Shown here: positions 19,855 to 27,777 of the stretch, piece after piece
Layout: each line of letters begins with the position of its first letter
Position numbering within the stretch: the stretch's first letter is position 1
DNA from: an uncultured archaeon
GTDB taxonomy: Archaea; Asgardarchaeota; Lokiarchaeia; Sigyniarchaeales; SOKP01
Direction: 5' to 3'
NCBI GenBank assembly: GCA_964388035.1
Contig: CAYLZE010000027.1
Span: 14,414-49,844 of the forward strand
Length of the DNA stretch: 35,431 nucleotides
Translations under genes and position numbers: made by a program
The notes under the pieces: model-generated
Databases searched by the model: none
The model's input: only the letters and a program-made list of their open reading frames with translations
What the model was told of the DNA's origin: nothing

Positions 19855-20049
19855 TATCTTATCGAGGGGAAATTAACTGTCCTATTTAATTAGAAAAATC
19901 CATCCGAATTAATAAATAAGGAATATTAATCTCATATTAATCCTCCATCATTACTAAGTGTTTCTATCCTTAATTTTAAAATAAAATGGAGGAAATAAAT
20001 TGGTTTGAAAGGAAATTATTGTTTAAAGAATGAAAATGTTATTAAAGAG

Positions 20050-20174
20050 CGGACCCGGCAGGATTCGAACCTGCGACTTTCGGATCTCTCCCGATTTGAA
20101 GAATCTTAGAAGTCCGACACCCTATCTGGCTTGCTCGTAATTTTCCGCAAGGATCCATGCTAGGTTACGAGTCC
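20050..20174 (-). tRNA. tRNA-Arg(TCT) with two introns (D-loop 20124-20152; canonical 37/38 20086-20106)
   Basis: Acceptor GGACTCG/CGGGTCC, anticodon stem TCGGA/TCCGA around CT-TCT-AA, T-arm GCAGG-TTCGAAT-CCTGC. Removing 29 + 21 nt gives a 75-nt tRNA without encoded CCA. Confidence 0.93.
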
Positions 20175-20196
20175 ATTACAAAGAAATAATATTATC

Positions 20197-20232
20197 TTTT
20201 TCTTATTATTATCTTAAAAATAATAAGAAAAA
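20197..20232. repeat. Perfect 14-bp inverted repeat upstream of tRNA-Arg
   Basis: TTTTTCTTATTATT-(8 nt)-AATAATAAGAAAAA. Confidence 0.6.
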
Positions 20233-20388
20233 ACCTCGATAATAAGAATATTAAGATTAATTCGAAATAAAATTTATGGTTTTAGGTTCTCTCATCCTTT
20301 TTATGCTTGTTTTTAAGAAATTACATTCAGTTCAATTAGAGCAAGAGTTTCCAGATATTTTCTAATTAAACCATTTTTTGTTGAATTA

Positions 20389-21531
20389 TCAATTTGAATT
20401 AATTCTCACATCGAGAGCAATGAGATCTGCCTTAGGTGAGTATTGTTTAACTATTCTGGTATTAAGTACTTTCATTATATTCCGTTGATTCTTTTTCAAT
20501 GCATTTTCAAGAGCTAGTAAACTTTTTTTGATGGACTGAGGTTTTTCGCAAATTTGATAATTATAAAGGATTCCCTCCTCCTTGATAAGGAAGCACGCCA
20601 CGTCGATGAAATCTAAGGAACTTTCGGGTAAGTTCATGATTATTCGATCTACTTTATTTCTTAATTTTTGACCAATTTCTGAGGTATTTTTTGGCAAGTC
20701 CTTAATATTTAGGTTATAGGGAATTACTTGACCTGTTAAGGTGTTCAGATTTATGTTTTCTACTAAATAATTAAAGGCCTGTGGGTTTATATCAAACGCA
20801 TGAATGATCACGTCATGTTCTCGTGCAATTTGGATGGAAAAAGGTCCTACTCCTGCAAACATGTCGACAATTAATTCATTTTTCCTAAATTCTTGAGAAG
20901 CAACACGCTTGCGTTCATGATTTAATCTCGGACTAAAGTAGGTCTTTTTTATATCTAGTTTAAATAAACAATCGTTTTCTCTATAGATGGTCTCAGAATT
21001 CGCCTTACCCCAAATTAACTTTAACTCTCGCAATCTATACCGACCATCGACTTTACCCACCTTCTCATATACGGTTTTAACGTTTTTATGTTTTTCAATT
21101 AACTTTTTAGCAATATGTTCCTTGAAGAACTCTCGTTCTTGTTCGGGTAATTGATCAATACGATCATATTCGATTACAATTATGTTCCCAATTATATCAT
21201 AGGAGTTTGGGACAAATTCCAAATATTCAAGAGGTATTAACTCCTTTATCCCTTCTTTAAGTGTTTTAAACACGTAGTTAGGGTTCTCAATACTTTTTCT
21301 GGCAACAATCTGATAAGAGACAATCTCCTTGAGCTCTTGAAGAAAATTTAAAGATTCCTCTCCCCTCTCATCTAAAGGAAAAAATATGAATTTTTCCTCA
21401 TGGAGAACCTTTCTCTTAGGGTCGACGATAGATTTTCCCTTGTAATAATGCTTCAAGAAATTAATAAATTTGGAGCCATCTACTGTTCTGACCTTTAAAT
21501 ATTTGGATTTCTCTACTTCTCTATTGGTCAT
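20389..21531 (-). CDS. trm5: tRNA (guanine37-N1)-methyltransferase Trm5 family
   Basis: SYDIIGNI, GRYRLREL, ENDCLFKLD..KTYFSPRL..ER, VDMFAGVGPF and DRIIMNLP motifs. Confidence 0.9.
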   Translation of the reverse strand: MTNREVEKSKYLKVRTVDGSKFINFLKHYYKGKSIVDPKRKVLHEEKFIFFPLDERGEESLNFLQELKEIVSYQIVARKSIENPNYVFKTLKEGIKELIPLEYLEFVPNSYDIIGNIIVIEYDRIDQLPEQEREFFKEHIAKKLIEKHKNVKTVYEKVGKVDGRYRLRELKLIWGKANSETIYRENDCLFKLDIKKTYFSPRLNHERKRVASQEFRKNELIVDMFAGVGPFSIQIAREHDVIIHAFDINPQAFNYLVENINLNTLTGQVIPYNLNIKDLPKNTSEIGQKLRNKVDRIIMNLPESSLDFIDVACFLIKEEGILYNYQICEKPQSIKKSLLALENALKKNQRNIMKVLNTRIVKQYSPKADLIALDVRINSN

Positions 21532-21532
21532 T

Positions 21533-21958
21533 TTACTCAGCTAATTCGAAAATTAAATAAAATGCATGCTCGGGTGTTTTTAGGTTATTTAATAATTTCC
21601 GATTTATATCTTTTGAAGATTTATTGCATCTTATTAAGACCGTTCTATCACAGATGAAAGTACTCTTTCTGAAAACCATTGCCCTCTCATTCGAGAGAGA
21701 TAGCCTTTTATCCCCATACCCATAAAATATATCATTAAATTCCCCAAATTTAATGGTTACCTTAATCTTTTTTCCACTCTTTATTTCTCGCTTCAATTCT
21801 TCATTTAAATCAACACAGCTTTTAGATGCGTTAATTCCTAAAATGCAATTCCCCCTCTTAGTCAAGAAAGAATCTTTCGTGATCTCAATAGTAGTTTCAT
21901 GAGTACATCGAATATTTTGATGTCCCTCTGCTTTTATTTTATCTAACATTGATTTCAT
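21533..21958 (-). CDS. DUF371 family protein
   Basis: GHQNIRCTHETTIEITKD..LTKRGNCILG and MVFRKSTF..DRT motifs. Confidence 0.92.
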   Translation of the reverse strand: MKSMLDKIKAEGHQNIRCTHETTIEITKDSFLTKRGNCILGINASKSCVDLNEELKREIKSGKKIKVTIKFGEFNDIFYGYGDKRLSLSNERAMVFRKSTFICDRTVLIRCNKSSKDINRKLLNNLKTPEHAFYLIFELAE

Positions 21959-23607
21959 GGGTCCTTTTTAAAATAGTGTAATATTTCTTCTAAATTCCCT
22001 TGAACGGAATATCTGGAATCAAAATGTAATTCTAATAACCCAGAAAACGCTCTTAAAATGTGATTATTTTGAAATTCCATTACTTCATTGAATTGATTGT
22101 AATATTGAGTGGGAATAAAAAGAGCTGACTTGATATAATGACTATGAATGATTTTCAAAAAGGTTGTACACTTACGCATGAAATCTTGTAGGGGGGGTTC
22201 ATTTGCATTAAGAATAGTAATAAGTGGCTCATATTGACCAAAGGGAAACGTATTACTTAATTCAAGAGGAATTAATCCTAAAGAATAAGTTAAGAATAGA
22301 ACATGGATTTCTTGAAAGGGGATCAACTCATTTTCTTTAAGAAATTTTAACCATCTCTCTATACCGGGTGAATTTAATATATTGGTATCTAATTCTGGTA
22401 AGATAAGTAAATACTTCACACCTTCAGGAGGGCGATAAAACCGTTGCAGTTTTCTTTCAAGGCGATAATGAATGGGACGATATTGACTTTCCGAGGAGGT
22501 AAATAATCTTCCATGGTTTTTATATATTTTTTCATGGAATTCGAAGTTATCCGCATGATTTTTTATCAATTTAAATGCTTTTACTAAATTGGGATGATTT
22601 CTAATTCTATTCTCTACTAATTCCCACAAATTTCCCTCCCTGATAGCTTGCCTTATTGTCTTTAGTTCTGAAAAAGATAAATATAAATTATGCTTTGCAA
22701 GTAATTCCGTCCTTAATTGAGTATCAAATTTCTGTAATTCTGAAGGTGTGTGCGCGGAACAAATCGGACAATGACACGGAAATTCCACTAATTCCTTTAA
22801 ATCTTTTGTACCCGTGGATAATGTAAAATAGCGATTTTCCTTGGCAAATAAAATGTATGCGGCGGAATCCATCAAATCACAACCACAAGCGATAGCCAAG
22901 GAAAAGAATTGAGGTAATCCTAATCCAAACATATGAACGGGCCTATTTGGATAAACGTGCCTTTTCACTGTCAATAAGATTTCCAGTGCTAAATCAAAAC
23001 GATACTCCAAGAAAGCTTTCACCAGTCCACCAATAGCATTCACGTCAAAATCTAAGTTTTTCATGCGATTTGCACTCATTCTTAACAATTGAGGATACCT
23101 TGAACCATGAATTGGACCAAACCAATGGCAACTCGAGCTTTTCCTCCTTGACACGTTATCTTTAGCCCGCTTAATAGTCGTTAATACCTTTCTTTTGGCA
23201 TCCTCGTAGGAATCGTTTATTTGTACGGGCCAATCTAAAATTACACCAAAATCGGTCCCTACATTTTCCTGAAAAGATTCTATCTCTTCGGCTTGAATCT
23301 GAAAATTTTTCTCATGATACATGTATTGCTGAAATGCACCGCTATCCATCGCAATAATTCCATGAAAATCCAAATGATCATGAATGCCCTCCTTTAAGGT
23401 TTTCTCTCTCCAATACTCGTTTTGATATAAGATATAAGCATTAGTGAAGAGACACTGTCCACCAATCTTCTCAATATCCGCCACAGAAAGAGAATTCTTA
23501 TAAGGATGGACTACGGGAAATAAGTTCGGAGTTACCATTTCCTTGCCATTTACAACCATCTTGCCTATTCTTCCCATGGTTTCCGTGTCTGTTATCTCAA
23601 ATTTCAC
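21955..23607 (-). CDS. tgtA: Archaeosine tRNA-guanine(15) transglycosylase
   Basis: MDSGAFQ, PVHMFGLG, GCDLMDSAAY, Zn site CHCPIC...HNL and EGNLWELVE.R.R.HP motifs; no evident C-terminal PUA domain. Confidence 0.95.
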   Translation of the reverse strand: MKFEITDTETMGRIGKMVVNGKEMVTPNLFPVVHPYKNSLSVADIEKIGGQCLFTNAYILYQNEYWREKTLKEGIHDHLDFHGIIAMDSGAFQQYMYHEKNFQIQAEEIESFQENVGTDFGVILDWPVQINDSYEDAKRKVLTTIKRAKDNVSRRKSSSCHWFGPIHGSRYPQLLRMSANRMKNLDFDVNAIGGLVKAFLEYRFDLALEILLTVKRHVYPNRPVHMFGLGLPQFFSLAIACGCDLMDSAAYILFAKENRYFTLSTGTKDLKELVEFPCHCPICSAHTPSELQKFDTQLRTELLAKHNLYLSFSELKTIRQAIREGNLWELVENRIRNHPNLVKAFKLIKNHADNFEFHEKIYKNHGRLFTSSESQYRPIHYRLERKLQRFYRPPEGVKYLLILPELDTNILNSPGIERWLKFLKENELIPFQEIHVLFLTYSLGLIPLELSNTFPFGQYEPLITILNANEPPLQDFMRKCTTFLKIIHSHYIKSALFIPTQYYNQFNEVMEFQNNHILRAFSGLLELHFDSRYSVQGNLEEILHYFKKDP

Positions 23608-23637
23608 CTACTTCACCCACACTATTAAGTCTTGCAG

Positions 23638-24240
23638 TCAATCAAAAAATTCCATTAAACGATCCTGGTTATTCAAGAATTCTAACCAATCTATTTTTCC
23701 ATATATATACCCTTCTATCTTAATATTACCTTTTATAATATTAAAAACCAATTGGCTAGTCTCGCTAATGCTGATGTTACTCGTATCAATCTCCATTATG
23801 GGAATTTCCAAATCCTTTTCAATCATATAATTCGTACAACTGCCTAAAATCTCTGCTTGAACGTTCTCTGATACTTTTTGTGGAGTATAACCCCGTTCCT
23901 CTAATCTTTTCCTCAATTCATCAGGATTGCATCGAAAAACGAAAACTTGATTGATATATTCGTTGGGAACGACGTCTGCATAATGCCCTTCTATAATAAC
24001 ACGTTCCACTTGCTCTTTTTTCGCCGTTTGGATGAAATTCTTAAGATAAGGTATGAGTTTCTTAAAATCTGCGATGTATGTCTCTCTTTTCTTATCAAAA
24101 CCGGCAGTCAATTTTTCCGAGATAATGATCTCCGTAAGATTCAAAACTCTGGCGGGTAAAAGAGTTCCTAATCTTTTTGAAATCGTAGTTTTTCCCGTTC
24201 CTGGCGTCCCCGAAATGATAATACCGATAGGATCTCGCAT
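23638..24240 (-). CDS. Adenylate kinase/ATPase of the AK6/Fap7 family
   Basis: ISGTPGTGKTT, IIEGHYAD and LEERGY..KVSENVQAEI motifs. Confidence 0.92.
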   Translation of the reverse strand: MRDPIGIIISGTPGTGKTTISKRLGTLLPARVLNLTEIIISEKLTAGFDKKRETYIADFKKLIPYLKNFIQTAKKEQVERVIIEGHYADVVPNEYINQVFVFRCNPDELRKRLEERGYTPQKVSENVQAEILGSCTNYMIEKDLEIPIMEIDTSNISISETSQLVFNIIKGNIKIEGYIYGKIDWLEFLNNQDRLMEFFD

Positions 24241-24329
24241 TTGAGTTTAATTCGAATTTTTCATCAATAGATCTAGTAATATAAAAGCAAAAATATTAGA
24301 TTTTTTTTAAAGTTTCATGAATGAAAGGA

Positions 24330-24487
24330 TGGTGCGAATGCGGGGATTATCGCAGGTGGCGAGGAGCCATCCCTTTTCGATCCCCGGACCTCCCGCTTTC
24401 AAAACTCTGTATTAGAGTATATCAGGCGGGCGCTATACCAGGCTTTGCTAAACGGACGTAAATCCCCCGCTTTTAAGCCACACTCGC
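24330..24487 (-). tRNA. tRNA-Ile(GAT) with three introns (about 14/15: 24444-24473; 37/38: 24398-24419; 59/60: 24347-24375), encoded CCA
   Basis: Acceptor GCGAGTG/CATTCGC-ACCA, anticodon stem CCCGC/GCGGG around CT-GAT-AA, T-stem CGGGG/CCCCG. Removing 30 + 22 + 29 nt gives a 77-nt tRNA. Confidence 0.9.
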
Positions 24488-24638
24488 ATTATTTACAAAA
24501 TGTTGTAAGAATCATTTTTTTAAAAGTTAAGTTAATAAAATTAAACTTTAAATCTTAAAAAATTTTTTGCCTCAATTCCATTTACTTGTATTAGAATTAA
24601 GCTCACCATTTAAATAATCAAAAAAAGATAAGTAACAC

Positions 24639-25064
24639 ATGCCAATTTTAGAATTTTCCATCATTGGTTTACAAGATTATTCTATTAATTTTCGAAAATA
24701 TTGCATTCCGTGTGAAATTCAAAAATATTGTACTTATGGAAAAGATTATCCTTTCACTGTCACGATTAACTGCAACGACTTGGCTCAAGCGAAAGAAAAA
24801 ACTAAGTATGAACAACTCAAAAAGTTACAGAAAACGGAACCCGTGGAAACTACCTATGAGGAATTGATACATAAAGTAAAAATTAATATGAGTGAAATTT
24901 TCTCACATCTCTGGCAAGAAAAAATAAAAACTAACCCGGAAATTAGGTGCTTGGATTCGAGTAAGGTCGATAGTATTTTTGTTTCCCAACAAGGTCAGGC
25001 TTGGTGGACAGATTTCGCTGCTACATTAAAAGAAATTAATAAAGAATGCGAAAAAATCACGTGA
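24639..25064 (+). CDS. Hypothetical Cys-containing protein
   Basis: 141 aa; N-terminal CIPC-x5-C-x13-C motif, plus two more Cys in the C-terminal half. Confidence 0.7.
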   Translation: MPILEFSIIGLQDYSINFRKYCIPCEIQKYCTYGKDYPFTVTINCNDLAQAKEKTKYEQLKKLQKTEPVETTYEELIHKVKINMSEIFSHLWQEKIKTNPEIRCLDSSKVDSIFVSQQGQAWWTDFAATLKEINKECEKIT

Positions 25065-25701
25065 GTCCATGTTCTTATCTCAACGATTATTAGTTATAAT
25101 ATTTGCAGATCTAAATAGAAGGGTCGTCTTTATAGAAAAATTCGAATTAACATTTTTATGTTGGTCTAAAATTTTAAAAAATGTAATGAAAACGGGTTAA
25201 TGCTAATATTTATAAAGTACTTGTAAGAGCTAAATTGAAAGATTTTTAGGAATTTTGATTAAATGCATTAAATTAATATTAATAACAAAATAATCTTTAA
25301 AATACTGATATTTGAATTTTCAAACGTTGATTAGCTTGAAGATATAAGTTAGAACCATCAAGTTTTTAAATCTATAAGAAATTGATTTTAATAGGGAGAA
25401 AGCTAAATTTTCGAAGAAGTGATCCACGAAATGAAAAATCCTATTTAAATGAAGAAATTTAACAAAAATGTAAGGATTATTTTAAGAGATAAAGCTCCCT
25501 AATCCCCATCTCTGGATCACCCGAAAAGTTTAAAAGGCACACTCCCTCCTAGAATACTCTATCAAGTCTAAGAAAATTAAAATTCTTAAACTGATACCTT
25601 TTCAAGAAATTGATAAGGGTTTCCCATAGGACCTTATATTTAGAAGGTGGTTAATAGTCAACAAAAACTTTTAAATAAAAATCTAGGTATCTGGGGGTTT
25701 T

Positions 25702-25738
25702 ATGGAGGGAATCTCGAGGGCGATTCCCTCTATTTTTT
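25702..25738 (+). terminator. Strong hairpin followed by a T-run (intrinsic-terminator-like)
   Basis: ATGGAGGGAATC-TCGAGGGC-GATTCCCTCTAT forms 12 bp with one G-U pair and runs into a T6 tract. Confidence 0.6.
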
Positions 25739-26013
25739 CTATCCAAACTTTAAAGCGAACTAATTCAGATAAAAGTTATGAAATTATTTTATATCCACGT
25801 AATTTCACTTATGAGCTTGACTCCCGCTAACCATATATTCTTAATAACATAGTTCGTAAATATTTTTGGCACTCAAGCACGGATTTTAATTTAAATAATC
25901 CTATTTTAATTTTTTCCTTCCTGAGTTATAAATGTAAAAATGGAATCACAAAAAAATAGTGGTTGAAAACATGTGAAAAGTTAAAAAAAAAAAAGAAAAG
26001 AGCAAAAATTTGA

Positions 26014-26334
26014 TTACTCTATTTTGATTTCAACGTTCTGGAACTCGGGTTCTTTAAAAGGTACATCCACTTTTAATAAACCACTTTTATATACCGCTTT
26101 TGCTTTTGATGGATCAATGGGACAGCATGTTGCATAAGAACCAATGTAAACGGTGTCCTCCGTTTCTCCAGAAATAAAAAAGCTATCTTCATGCATTTTT
26201 AATCTAATTTTTTCTTTTGGAACTCCTGGGAGTTGTACTTCAATATGGTAATTCTGGTGATTTTCATCGGGGTACGTACAAACTTCAGGAGATTCATAAA
26301 ATCGTTCTATTACTTCTTCATTCATATTTTTCAC
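26014..26334 (-). CDS. Small heat shock protein (Hsp20/alpha-crystallin)
   Basis: YHIEVQLPGVPKEKI and AKAVYKSGLLKVDVP motifs. Confidence 0.92.
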   Translation of the reverse strand: MKNMNEEVIERFYESPEVCTYPDENHQNYHIEVQLPGVPKEKIRLKMHEDSFFISGETEDTVYIGSYATCCPIDPSKAKAVYKSGLLKVDVPFKEPEFQNVEIKIE

Positions 26335-26346
26335 ACCTTTAAATGA

Positions 26347-26646
26347 TTATTCAATGGTGACATCAACTGCCCCTTCCATGGGATCTTTAAAAGGTACATC
26401 CACTTTCAATAAACCGTTTTTATAATTAGCTTTTGCTTTTTGCGGGGAAATCTCACAACAAACAGCATAGCTTCCGATAAAAACCGTATCCTCTGACTCC
26501 CCCTTGATGAAAAAGGAGTCTTCGTGCATTTTTAATTTAATTGCTTCCCGGTCGATTCCCGGCAGCTTTATTTCGATGTGATAATTATCATGTTCATCAT
26601 CTGCCCATGCTACAATTTCGGGCATCCTTATCATTTTCTCAGACAT
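26347..26646 (-). CDS. Small heat shock protein (Hsp20), tandem paralogue
   Basis: YHIEIKLPGIDREAI and AKANYKNGLLKVDVP motifs; GAGGT ribosome-binding site. Confidence 0.92.
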   Translation of the reverse strand: MSEKMIRMPEIVAWADDEHDNYHIEIKLPGIDREAIKLKMHEDSFFIKGESEDTVFIGSYAVCCEISPQKAKANYKNGLLKVDVPFKDPMEGAVDVTIE

Positions 26647-26907
26647 GTTTCAAATTTACCTCTAGTTATAATTTTTTATTTAGGTTTCTATCCTTAAATT
26701 ATTAAAAGAAGAAATTTAAAAATTAGCTCTATAATTTATTGGAAATATTCCTTGTAGGTCCGTGCACGTAAAATAAAAAAGGTGATTTATTTATGATTCA
26801 TAAGCCGTATCATTAATTATATGTATGGTTATACTTTAAATAATAATTTCATTGGTTATTTTATATTCCTCAGCTTTTATTGCATATCATCTTTCAATTT
26901 GATTTTT

Positions 26908-27750
26908 ATGGAAAATAATGTACTTAAATGTCTAAATTGTGGCAAGGAGTTTAAACTAGGAGAGAAATTAGAGGAAAATCAATGTCTAAATTGCGTTTTA
27001 AATTTAGATTTCAAGACAAGGGACATAGATAACGAGCAATTAAATATTTATCTTCAAAAAATATTAGATTTTTTTATTTCAGATGTGAATGCCGCTTTTA
27101 CGAAAGACCCCGCAGCAAACACGTTAATCGAGGTACTAACCAGTTATCCTGGTGTAAAAGCGGTATTATTATATCGTATTGCTCATTTTTTTTGGAAGAT
27201 CGGAATGCCTTTTGTGCCAAGATACATCTCGGACATCGCAAGAGAATTGACGGGGATAGAAATCCATCCTGGCGCGGAAATAGGTAGTGATTTCTTCATT
27301 GATCATGGTGCGGGGGTGGTGATTGGAGAGACCTCCCAAATAGGAAATAACGTGACAATATATGCAGGCGTGGTATTGGGAGGGGTATCATTAGAAAAAA
27401 AGAAAAGACATCCTACAATTGGTAATAACGTGGTGATCGGGACGGGAGCAAAAATTCTAGGTCCCGTTACGGTTGGAGATAATGTACGGGTGGGAGCAAA
27501 TTCCGTGATAGTGCATGATGTTCCTCCAAATTCGGTAGTCGTTGGAGTTCCCGGAAGAGTTATATCCAAGGAGGGAGAAAAGCCTCAAAAAATTGATCTA
27601 AGACATGGAGATCTCCCCGATCCTTTTTCCATCGTTTTGGAAGACTTAAATAAAAGAATTACGGAATTAGAAAAGAAAATTTCCCCTGTTTCTGATCCTC
27701 GAGAAGATGATATTGAGGTATATTATGGAAAATATGGTGGTGGAATTTAA
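26908..27750 (+). CDS. cysE: Serine O-acetyltransferase with N-terminal Zn-ribbon
   Basis: DPAA...YPG, TGIEIHPGA.IG..FFIDHG.GVVIGET, KRHPTIG and VVGVPGRV motifs. Start placed at ATG 26908 rather than 26821. Confidence 0.95.
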   Translation: MENNVLKCLNCGKEFKLGEKLEENQCLNCVLNLDFKTRDIDNEQLNIYLQKILDFFISDVNAAFTKDPAANTLIEVLTSYPGVKAVLLYRIAHFFWKIGMPFVPRYISDIARELTGIEIHPGAEIGSDFFIDHGAGVVIGETSQIGNNVTIYAGVVLGGVSLEKKKRHPTIGNNVVIGTGAKILGPVTVGDNVRVGANSVIVHDVPPNSVVVGVPGRVISKEGEKPQKIDLRHGDLPDPFSIVLEDLNKRITELEKKISPVSDPREDDIEVYYGKYGGGI

Positions 27751-27777
27751 TTAAAATAAATAATCAAGGGTGCTGTA

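Noticed and set aside
25062-25118. Selenocysteine read-through of the TGA ending the 141-aa ORF
   Set aside because: The extension would be only about 17 codons of unremarkable sequence, with no redox-motif context and no convincing SECIS.
25390-25740. Known RNA families (glycine or c-di-GMP riboswitch, 5S rRNA, RNase P RNA, SRP RNA, SECIS)
   Set aside because: Only fragmentary resemblance. Required cores such as CTTTCAGG, GAGGAAAGTCC or the SRP helix 8 motif were not found, and there is no downstream plus-strand gene for a riboswitch to control.
26821-26907. 29-aa N-terminal extension of CysE in the ORF track, considered also as a Cys leader peptide
   Set aside because: The sequence is intergenic-like and T-rich, has only one Cys codon and is in frame with cysE; ATG 26908 is the more plausible start.
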